DNA of 64,000 nt from Moniliella sp. 'wahieum' (lineage: Eukaryota), in contig RSEE01000021.1 in NCBI GenBank assembly GCA_003971905.1, positions 496,001 to 560,000 on the forward strand, given 5' to 3'. Positions within the stretch are counted from its first letter, which is position 1, and the number at the start of each line of letters is the position of its first letter. The translations under genes were made by a program, and so were the position numbers. This document shows, one piece after another, positions 24,890 through 35,309 of this stretch. Below the pieces are notes generated by a model. That model was given only the letters and a program-made list of their open reading frames with translations. It had not been told where the DNA came from and did no database searches.

Positions 24890-27096
24890 TTACACGTCAA
24901 GACCAATTTGTCCGTTCTGGGGAACGTACTGTGGGGGCGCGTGAGGGGAATGGAGGACGTTGTCAGGGATTTGCGACATGGGGAGAGCGTTGCCCTGGGC
25001 CCAGAGAACGCTCATGCCACTTCCCAAGTGAACAGCAATATGGCAATGCCAGGGAACGACGCCGTCTTCCAGCACCCGGTGGCGTGTGATAACCCAGCCG
25101 CCGGCGGGGATGTGCCACGAGTCGCGGAATGGTGGGTTAACCAAGTTGAGCAGGCCGGGCTGCTTGGCCTGAGCTTCTTCCACGGATGCGTAGGGGAACT
25201 CGCCTTCGCCCATACCAAGAACCCACACTTGTTTTGGTGCTTGTGGATGGGATGAGGAGGGTTACCAAGGTTCGAGCTGGCCGCCTGGTGAATCACGTCC
25301 ACCACTGCGCCGACGGGAACGCTAATGATACTGTGGTGGAAGTCCGGTCCATGAGGGCGGTTCTTGGACCAGAGAAGAGGATCGAGCTGGGATGTAAGGC
25401 CGATAGAGGTTGAGTGTTGAGAGCCCACGACACTCCATTGGTAATGTTGAGGTTGAACTTGAACGTGTGGGTTGACTGGGCGGGCGGAGGGTTTTTTGTC
25501 CATGGGTGCATGGTGGAGTAGTTGGACACCGTGACGCCAGCAATGCCAGAACCATTGTAGAGCATCCACTGCTTTCCCTCCGTACCCAGGTCATTGGTCA
25601 CGTGCATGCCATCACTGGGCTTCATACCGTTGCTAAACTTGGTTTCTGGAGAGGAAGATGCTCTTGGCCATGGCCTGCATGTAAGGCTGGACAGAAGGCT
25701 TGATAGCCCCAACTGCAATCTCGGGAGAACCGTCACCCTCATTGTACATAACGGTGTTCCAGCGCGCTTCCCGTAGGCCAATTCGTCATTATCATAGTCA
25801 CCGTCGGTGTCGGGTGTGTTGTCCAGAACATCATCCTTAACCGTCACGTCCACCGTAGCCTCAGACCTTTTCGAAGTCGACTTGTTCTCCACATCCAGAA
25901 CGGCATACCCAGACTTAATCTGAGGCATGTTGTTGCACAGGGAAGCGCGCATTGTGTAGCTCCCTCTCTTGTAGCGGAACCATTACCGTGTAGCGTTGTC
26001 CCAATTGGGTATCAAGAATTTGAACCTTCTGTGGGTGGACGAACGTACCGTCCGTAGCAACAACCCACATGTCGTGACCATCAATGGAGAAACACGTCTC
26101 GTACTCAGTCCCGCCATTGAGGATGTGGAAAGCGGCAAACTTTCCGTCCGCGGAGCCATGCACCGAGGACTTATACTCTCCCAAGGCCGAGGTGGAGTTC
26201 TGGCACGTGGAGGGGTTCACCTTAGCGAAAGCGTTCTTGAATCCAAAACTGGACCGACGCATCCGTTGGAGTCGAGGTCATCAATAAAGGTGCTTGCAAG
26301 CCCGCGATGGACTTCAGGTACTCCACATCGTAACAGTAATTGCGACCCTGTGAGTTGATCAAAAGGGAGTCGATGCAGTAGGGGTCCTGCCCGGTGAAGC
26401 GGTAACGAGTCAAGGCATTGTCCATCGACTCATGACGCCAGTCGTGCAGTATGAGAGGCCCAGCCTTGTGGTACGCTTCCTCCATGGCACGTTGGTCATC
26501 CTTGTTCTGGGAAATGGCTTCCCACGGACGAGGACGGGACGGCTGGGGGTGTAGAATGATGGGCCCACGCAGCCCGTCAGCGTAGGTGGCCGAGGCATGG
26601 GAGTGATAGTAATGAATCCCATAGTTCTTGGCCGTCCACTCGTATGTATAGTTCGAGTAGGGCATGATGTTGTACTGAGTCACGCCGGAACACCTGAAAA
26701 GCCCGGAGGTCAGGACAAAGTGTGGAAATATGATGAAGAGGAAACGTACCATCCTGATGCATGGGAACATCGAGCCCATGCCAGTGCATCGACATTTGAA
26801 TGCCGAGGTTATTGACGATGGTGATACGGAATGTGTCACCCTCATTACTTCAATGGGGGGCCAGGGGTTTTCCGTTGATGGCATATGTCTGGCGCCAATA
26901 CCCGTCGGGCGCGAGCCATTGATTTCCGAGCTCAAGAGTGTACTCGCGCACCTTTGGCTTGAACGAGGCCGGCTCTGCACCCGGAGCGCGGGCAGAAAGA
27001 GAGGTGGTGGAAGTGCGATGGTGACGGAGTGATGACGACCCGCATTGACACCGAGTGCGTATGCGGCGGTTGCGGCGCGGCCACAGTCCAGCGCAT
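24890..27096 (-). CDS. Multicopper oxidase (laccase-like, AA1), probably secreted
   Basis: All four copper motifs present: MHWHG, HYYHSH, HPIHKH, WHCHIAVHLGSGM; intron 26749-26694; several indels. Confidence 0.93.
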
Positions 27097-27984
27097 GGTG
27101 TGAACAAGCAAAGAGAATGTGGGTGGGGGGAGGGTGGAAGGGTCGTTGAAGAGGGGTAGTGGTAGGTGGGTTCCCTTTGGAGTGGAAGGTAGCTATCCAG
27201 CGACTTTATGACCACGGATCAACACCCCGCCCGGAGCCACCGTGATGGCAACAGTGGGTGGGCGACTAAGGGTGGTCAGCCCATTTCTCCCCAGCCAGCG
27301 TCACGCTGCGCGCCGGAAAGCGTAATAAAATGGGATCCGCAGATCTGCGCGGCCAGACACAGGCCCCGTGCTGCACAACTATTTCTTTGTGCTCCAGTCC
27401 CGCCACGCTCCCGCCCCGCCTTCCGAGTGGCGAACATGGAACATTGAGTTTCAGCACTGTAGTCACTCCATCCGCTTCGCCCTGCGCGAGTCCAGTGTCC
27501 CCTGGGCTGGCTGAACGCTGCCAATGTGCCGAGGCTAGTGGTTGGACAGCAGGACCATTGTGACATGCGAACGTGCTATGTGAACGTACATCACCACCCC
27601 ACCCTTGAAGATGTTTAGCACCGCCTACATTTTGTCGACCGGACTTTGACCGTCCGGCGTGTGACTAGGTGACTATTGAAGCTCGGCTAGTTGCTAGTAG
27701 TCTGGCCCTCAGGCCATGTAAATGACTACTGTGATGTATGCCAAACAACTATATGTTTTTCGCTTTTGTCGATCATATCGACCGTCCAGCACAGTGACCG
27801 AATTGACGGCTACTTTTGTGCACCACCGCTTTCCCGCTCTTCTCGACCACCTGCTGCGCAAACTCAGCTCCCTTGTGGCCTATTTGAACCATCGTCTCCT
27901 GGGATTAGCCACTGCAGTCCGGCTTTCATATGGCCAAAACTTCTCTGACCACAGCACAGATCTCGCAATGCATGCCGGCATATT

Positions 27985-28175
27985 TCAAGCTTGAAGCTTG
28001 GAGCTTCAAGCCAACCTTTGAGCCATCACGTCAGCCTTCAAGCTCTTTCTGCGTTGGCCAGCCTTACCAACGTTGTTAACGATAGTCGATTATCGATTAT
28101 CGATGATCGAATGATCGAAATGATCAATGTCTTTTCAATAAGCTTCTTCAGCGCCTCAGCGCCGAAAGCCGGCTG
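27985..28175. repeat. Heptamer palindrome arrays
   Basis: TCA-AGCT-TGA-AGCT-TGG-AGCT-TCA at 27985-28008; TCGA-TTA-TCGA-TTA-TCGA-TGA-TCGA at 28086-28110. Confidence 0.85.
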
Positions 28176-28197
28176 AGGTGAGTATTGAGTCTCTACT

Positions 28198-28570
28198 TTG
28201 CAACCATATCATTGGCAGAGCTTATAAGGCTGGAACAAATAAACGTTGCGCTTGAACCAATAACTGTTCATCCGGCGTATATTTGCTTGTTAGCGCCATC
28301 CTCGTCTAGGGAACCAGGGGAATCGCCATGAGATCAGGACCCTTTGGTACCCGCCATCCGTTCCCATACACGGGGAAGCGCGCGTGGATACGGATGAAGA
28401 ACGTGGTAGTAGACATCCGAACGGTGAACCATCTGCATCGAGACTGGAGTCCATTCCTTCCAGATACCAGCATCTTTGTCCGCTGCTAACCAGGGGGAAA
28501 ACGGTTTTGGGCGCGTCAATGGTATTTGGCGTTCTAGAGTTAACAGGAGCTGCTCCACAAGCTGGACGCT
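28198..28570 (-). mobile_element. Decayed 3' fragment of the CRE-like element
   Basis: Reverse-complement homologue of about 29060-29442. Confidence 0.8.
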
Positions 28571-28574
28571 GCTG

Positions 28575-29442
28575 ATGGTCGCCATGTGGTTGAGCACAAC
28601 CCGACCCAATTGGCTCTCCGCCATTCCATCCGTCCCCTGCCTCAAGCTCTCTGACCAGCAGGTTCAGGTGGTCTCCAGCTCCACACGCTGTGCGGCTCCA
28701 AGCGCAGCATGTGCAAGTGCGGCGTCAGTCCTCGATGGAGCACATCATGGTGTGCACCCGCTCTCATTCCAAGTTAGTGCGTTGCATGAGCAGTGCGGGA
28801 GCCAGTTCGTGCGCTCCATCCCCCGGCACCCCATCCACACGAACACTATGCCAGTGTGGAGGAAGATGGGGCGGGCGCGGACGGAGCGCACAGCGCACTG
28901 ATTACGGCGTGATAGGGCCTGGAGCAATCGGATCTGTAATGGAGGTGGACCATATGCTGCGCGACACGGGAACGCAGGAGGCGCAGAGCGCGTACCGGAG
29001 GGTGGTGCACGAGAGCGCTGCGTCGCCTTTGGAACGCCGGGAGAAGAAGCTGCTTCGGCTGCTGGAACAAGCAGAATGCTACAAGAAAGCCAAGTACCAG
29101 GGACGCACTCAAGAGCCGTTTTCCCCTCTGGTTTTGACGACGCGAGGATACTACGGTGGTACCAAGACAGCGGGCAATTGGAAGGATTTGGTTACTGAGT
29201 CTCAATGGAAATGATTCCTCGCTCGGATGTCTACCACGTTCATCCGTGTCCACACGCGCTTCCTAGGGTACGGGACCGGATGGCGACCACCGGAGGGTTC
29301 TGATAGCTTGCCGGCGATCCCGCTGGTTCCTTAATCTTGGTGGCGCTTCCAAATAAACCCGCAAGATGAACGGTTCGGTTTAGACGTAGCGTTCCCCCTG
29401 TCCCAGCCTTATGCTCTGTCAACGATATGGATGCAGTATAGT
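28575..29442 (+). mobile_element. 5'-truncated CRE-clade (RLE) non-LTR retrotransposon, the longest copy in the window
   Basis: Across frameshifts: NWLSAIPSVPCLKLSDQQV, a CCHC-like knuckle (CKCG..MEHIMVC), RTDY..EVD and KKAKY..FSPLVLTTRGYYG (restriction-like endonuclease layout), then the shared 3' UTR. Confidence 0.75.
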
Positions 29443-29477
29443 AAAGGATATACTGCATATCATCTGGTCATTTTTCC

Positions 29478-29700
29478 TACACTGCAATCATATCGTTGAC
29501 AGAACTGTGAAGGTTGGGACAAAGAAACACTGCGCCTAAACCGACTTCTATATGCTATAACCATATCATTGACAGAGCTTAACGCCTCGTTCCATCCTCC
29601 TCCTTCACAGTCGACTCGTTGTGGATGTGGGCTGGAGCGCACCAGCTGAAAGAAATGGGCACCCGAACCGTCCCGTTCAATATGAGGTAGGAGCCAAAAC
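29478..29700 (-). mobile_element. Two short inverted fragments of the same element
   Basis: 29478-29545 is a 3' terminus; 29555-29580 is a second terminus joined to an internal piece homologous to about 28800-28870. Confidence 0.7.
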
Positions 29701-30114
29701 GAAAAAGCACGGAAGGCGTAAAAACTTGCGCCGACGGATCCATCGAAGCATATATCCCCACAACATGGGGGTTTCTTCCACAATGCCCGTCCGCCTCTCT
29801 GCCTATAAAACAACAACCTCGTTGCTCATCATCCACCCTCTCCCATACCATTACCTACACTGTATTCCTTTTCCTGTATTACCGTTACCGGTTACCCGCC
29901 ATCAAACTCACCACCCCAGACCCGGTTACACTATCTATACACTATGCCCTACTCACCTTCGCACCGTGCAATGTCATAGTGTCAGATCACTGTGATACTG
30001 GAGAGGGGTTTCAAGAATAGAGCGGTGTGACTAATGACGTTGTGACGTTTTTTATGAGTGGGCAAAAAGACTGAGTTGATGTCCCGAGAAATCATATCTC
30101 CACCCCCCTCACTT

Positions 30115-32687
30115 CTAATGTCTGGGTGGACCTGACTTCCTTTTTGCCGCACCCCCTAGTACTCTTATACGTGCTTCCTTGTCAGGGTGCGCCCTTTTTG
30201 ACTTAATGTGGGCGCTAAACCCTATGCAATCATAGACATACACTGGGCGGGCGAATGAAATGAAGAGAGTAGGTGAGTCTTGTGAAGGATGTGAGAAACA
30301 TGCGTATGCCAGAAACGCGCCATTGGCCGATGGCAAAGAATGAAAGCAACGAGCACCAACGCTCCTGGACATGAGATCCATCCCAAATCTGGGCTTGTAC
30401 AAATGAGGCGGCATATGTGTGGGGATGTTAGGAATGAGGAAGTGTTTCCTGCCCGCGGTGTGGGCAGAATGAGCCTGGCGCCCCCGAGCCGAAGAAGCAT
30501 GCTTGTTAACCAGAGGCGTGCTACTCATTGATGCTGACGAGACGGACTCGTGCGACCCATGATCCCCCTCCGATCTCGAGCCTGAATGCGCCGAGGAATC
30601 CGTCCCGGAAGTTTCGCGCACGTGTTCGCCAGAAGGAGCGCTCCGTCCCTGTGTAGACACGTCCAGCATTCCTGCCGCCACCATCGCCGCCACACTTTCC
30701 CCGATGGCTTCGGGAGCCTTGCCCTTATTATAATTCGCCGGCCTCGTTGCTTCTGTAGAGGCGCGAATGAGGTAGTAGCTGCGATGGGGGCTGTTGCTTG
30801 AGCGTTCGAGGTTGCCTGAGCGTTCGAGGTTGTCTGGGCGTTCGAGGTGTCTGGGCGTTCGAGGTTGCCTGGGTAGAGTCTGGCTTGGCATCCATATCGA
30901 CCGCGTCCACCTCCTCGTCCAGTCGGCAAAGCTGCGGCACAAGGGACAGAGCAAGCCTGGGTGAAGGCGCATCAGCAGAGGGGGATGCACTTGTAGTGAA
31001 AGGAATGGCGGCAGGGAGCAATAAACAAGCTCTGAGAAACCGTCATGCAAAGAGGCAGATACAGCATTCAGCTATCGGCACGGCTGGGGTACATCTTTCG
31101 CTGGCACGGCTGCGGTGCCATCTTTGGCCGGCACATGCAGCGTGGCACTGTCGCTTTTGTGCAACTGCTGGCACGGTAGGTAGCGCCGAGCTTGGGCCGC
31201 ATACTCCGTCTGCACATCAACGTCATGTAGCTCGACCTTCTGAACCGCCTGGTAGGCGTTGCGTCCTCTGGAATAGTTAACACCCGAGCTTCACAACGTC
31301 TCCCTCGTGCAGCTCGGTTGGCCACTGGCCACCAAAGGCTTGGAGAGACGTGTATTGTTGACAAACGTGCCAGCACTGCTACCCAGGTCACGGATCCACC
31401 ACTTGACAGCAGGGGTTTCTGACGTTTGTGCAGGCGCCTGAACAGACGAATCCAGAGCTTCTTCCCCGAAGACGCATGCTCATCGTTCGCCCCTAGGGCC
31501 AGAGGTGAGATGGGACGATTCATATCTAGGGGGCCCACGTCTTCGGAAAGAGGTTTCCCAGCCTTGGGGGGGGAGGGTCAGAGGTGCACCAAATCTCAAC
31601 GTGTTTTCGCGAAACGACCTTGGCCGACAACGCAGCACGATGTTGTTCCAGGCGTGGTGGGTTGCCATTGGTATTGGGGATTGCGCCACCACGCATTCGA
31701 TGAGGAGATAGAGGAGTAGGGCCGGTAGAATGATTGCCGCCATCACTCCCATCGGCATTGCCTAAGGCGCGTGCTTCGACGTGTGAGGGAGACATGGGTG
31801 CTCGCCTGCCCAGTTGGGTGCACCCCTCCCGTGTCAGCGGAGAGTTCCGGATTAAAGGGCGAGCGATCAGTAAAGCGACCAAGGAACAGTGCCTCTCCAT
31901 CTTGCTCGATCTGGCGCTCGATGGGATCAAACCAGACCTGCATTCCTCGTGCTCCGTCCAACATTGGAACAAGGCGAAACGTATGAAGTGGATTTTGACC
32001 ACGATCCGAGCCCGGTGGAGCAGGGGGAGGAACCTTTTCATGCCAGGACAAATCCCAAGAGGGGGAAGTCACCTCGGGGGCAATTTCAGGGGAAAGCTGG
32101 GGAGCAGCATTAGCAGACACGTGGTGGCCATCACTGCCGAGTAACCGAGCAGCGGCAGCGGTAAAATGACCAACCAAGCCAAATGAGCTGCGGTGGGTGG
32201 GGCTGTCAAGGGCGAGGACGGAGCCGCCAGCAGATGCCGCGCTGGTATAACCGTCCATTATGTTGGTGCCGCTTTGTTGTTGTTCGAGGAAAGGGGTTGG
32301 CTCCGGTGCCGCTTCCGGTGCAGGCTCCGGTGCCGCCGCTGGCTGTGACGATGCGACAGTGCTATTCATGGGACCGGATGCGCGACGGAAGGGGTTTTTA
32401 GAGGGCGTATACTTCGCCATACGGGGTCCGAGTCGTGGCGATGCCCTCAGCAGTAGATTGGTGGTGGAGACGCTCACAGGGCGGGGAGGCTGGGATGAAG
32501 TGTCGCTGCCACCCATGGCGTGTGGGGCCGCGGCATTGGCAGCAGTCGCACGCAGATCGGATGCGGGTGGGACAGGGACTGAGCCGCGACGGCGAAACCA
32601 CGTGCGTGGAGCAGAGAGGCGCGAAGACGACGGACCGGGCGAAACGCTGCGGTCGATGCCTGGAAATGAAGACGGTGGCGGTGCCAT
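30115..32687 (-). CDS. DMA1: FHA + RING-H2 E3 ubiquitin ligase (Dma1/Chf family); 3' end uncertain
   Basis: LFLGRFTDR and SAKVVSRKHVEIW (FHA); ECCICLF..LFIAPCRHSFHYKCI..CPLCRSFAD (RING-H2) read across indels; 18-bp coding repeat (QATSNA)x4 at 30800-30870. Confidence 0.88.
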
Positions 32688-32869
32688 AATTATGGCGACG
32701 ATGCTAATGGTGGTGGTGGTGGGGGCAAGCTAGGGGGGTTGGGAAGGAAACAGAGGGAAAAGCGACTCGCGGCCCAGCACAAGGGAGCTGAGGTAGGTTT
32801 TATGCCGCCATCGCGCTCACAGGCTGAGCAGCCTGGCGGCCCCACGCTGGCATTGGACCAGTCTGGTCA

Positions 32870-34035
32870 TCGAGCTCATGCGTCATGCATCACGCGTCAA
32901 GCTTCAGCTCGTCCCTCAAGCCCCAGGCTGAGGCGGGCTAAGCGCTAACGCTCAGGATGGCCAGGGCCTGCGGCTCTGGGGCCCATCGGGAGATGATCGA
33001 TGATCCGTGGTGCATGATCCGTGGTGCATGATGCATGATGCATGACATGAGTGACTAGAACTCTAGTAACGAGTAGACTGCAAAGGTAAGTGTTCCACTG
33101 CCCCTGCTCGCTCTGCCTGAGCTCTCGGAGACGTGCGTCTGCAGTCTCTGGAACAAGTACGTTTAGTACAAGGACTAATGCAAGGCACAGGAGGGTACAG
33201 GACATTCGCCCGCCCGCCCGCACCGTTTTCTCCGCACTGATGCAGTGCCTGCCTCCGACAGTTCCCCCACAGTCTCCCCCGCAGCCTCGCCGCAGGCAGC
33301 AGGCTTCTCTCTCATGCTGACGTCACATGATCACATACATTCAGGGTACCTTTGCTCGGCGCTCCTTCCAAAATTCACAAGCTCTCAGATCTCAATCTCA
33401 GATCTCAGATCTAAAGCTTCCAGCACTGAGGCTGAGGCGCTGAGGATGCCACGTCCTGTGGGCACACTCTAGGTGGGATAATGTGGCGGCACATTGATAT
33501 TGAGATTGGGGTTCTCAAGCTTCACTTGAAGCTTGAAGTCCAACAAGCTCTGATGCCTGCTGATGCAGCCATGCACTTCCTTCCAAACACGACGACGACA
33601 GAAGGCGAGAGCATGGTGGAATGTAACGTGCGTTGGTGCTACCGCTCTCTTGTCCCGCACATTGGTATTCTGCCCCAGTAGCACCACAACCTCCACATCG
33701 TAGCTGAGACTCAGCTTTGAGATCTGGAGAGCACTGCTTCCTATGTTCAACGTTCACATGTTCACAACAGGCCCCGGTCGCATGTCGCATGTCACATGTT
33801 ACATGTTTACAGCCTCTATGCCTCTGTTCCACAACTATTTCTCAGGTGCCCGATGCCCGGTGCTGCAGGTTAGTTTTGTAACGCATGATTTCGATCATGC
33901 GTATCATCGATACTAAATCTTAAGCCACAAACTCGCTCGAAAAGCGAGGTACGGGAAGCAGCTCCACGTAGCCTCCCTATTAATTAACCCGTTAGCCCTA
34001 AGTTAAGCACTTAGCCTATTAAAAGCGCTAAGCCC
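32870..34035. repeat. Dense heptamer palindrome arrays upstream of DMA1
   Basis: Mixed-core run 32876-32906; TGCA-TGA run about 33024-33045; TCA-GATC-TCA-GATC-TAA-AGCT 33398-33418; TGA-AGCT-TGA about 33526; CATG run 33781-33806. Confidence 0.85.
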
Positions 34036-34149
34036 ACACCTGTTCGTATTATCATCGGATGGTGACAAAAAAGCACGATTTTGTAACGAGATAGACTAAA
34101 AAACCGGAGGGTACCCTGACGCGTGACGTGGCTCTAAATCATCCCTACG

Positions 34150-34726
34150 GCTGTGGCTACTGTGCCAGTGGCACGGAAGCTTATATTTGGCCGGGGCCCT
34201 GCACCTCTCTTCAGTGTGTAGGGCACAGAGAGAGCCACACGGCCATGCAGGGGGTATACTATGCTTCCAAGGGATGTGGCGCATTTTTAGAAGCAACAGA
34301 AGTGAACGCCGCAACACTCAAGAGCCTTTCTTCCCCTTGTGGTCATGACGACGTGCGGATACTATGCTACCGCAAGACCCCCACCAACAGATGTTTTGCT
34401 GGGCACCGCAAGGAGAATAAAAATGTACTAAATCGAGAAAAGTCCCTCATTATGATTGAAGAAGGTTCACCGGTCACCGGTCACCGGTCACCGCGCTCAC
34501 ATGTGTATACCAACACGTTATTCATTCGCATCATTCGTATTCACGGACGCTACGTCCATTTTGTGGAAGCGAATGGCGGGCACCCAAGGGTCCGACTTAT
34601 ACTAGCGGGGCTCCCTTGGTTTCTTGAATGATTTTGGCGCCAAAACAAGCATGCAACGCACGCCGCATCAGCAGGGTTTTTCGAGCGCAACGTTTTTTGT
34701 CCCACAACTCTGGCCTTAGGCCTTAA
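34150..34726 (+). mobile_element. Highly decayed CRE-like fragment containing heptamer expansions
   Basis: CACTCAAGAGCC..TTCCCC..TGACGACG..GGATACTA (34315-34365) matches 29106-29152; 34500-34705 matches 29226-29405. Confidence 0.7.
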
Positions 34727-34893
34727 GTCCTGAAAAAGGACAAGTCTTCCCTGCTACAGCTTCAACGTGTGTCAGCTTTCTTCATCGGGTGGTATATATC
34801 TCCACATGGAAGGGAAGGACGGTAGGGGCCTATGTGTTTGATAGGGGTGTTGCGTAAAATAACATCACACAGGAAATACAGGCAATACGGTAA

Positions 34894-35309
34894 AAGCTTC
34901 AAGCTTCAAGCTTCAAGTGTGAGACTCTGTCTCAGGGGTAGTGCATGCGGGGGATGGGAAAAAGGGCCTAGCAACTGAGACTGCTGTGCGGCCGACCGCT
35001 ACAAACACACTTTTTTATTACAGTGCTAATTGAGATGACATGTGACATTCATTGATTTGATCGCGGTTCCATAGGTATGATTATGTTGACGTATGTTACG
35101 CAAGGATGATGAGATCTGGGACCACGCAAGGCAACCCTGTTTCCCGCCATATATAATGCACCAGTACCCCCCCAGCAAATCATTGTGGAAGACTGGGGGA
35201 ACCGGGAGAACCCACGGAGTTGAAATTTGAGCGGGTAACCGTATAAACCGGATAACCGATATTGCAATGGCGATGATCGATGATGCATGATGCATGATGC
35301 ATGATGCAT
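34894..35309. repeat. Heptamer palindrome arrays
   Basis: (AAGCTTC)3 at 34894-34914; TGA-TCGA-(TGA-TGCA)4 at 35274-35308. Confidence 0.9.
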
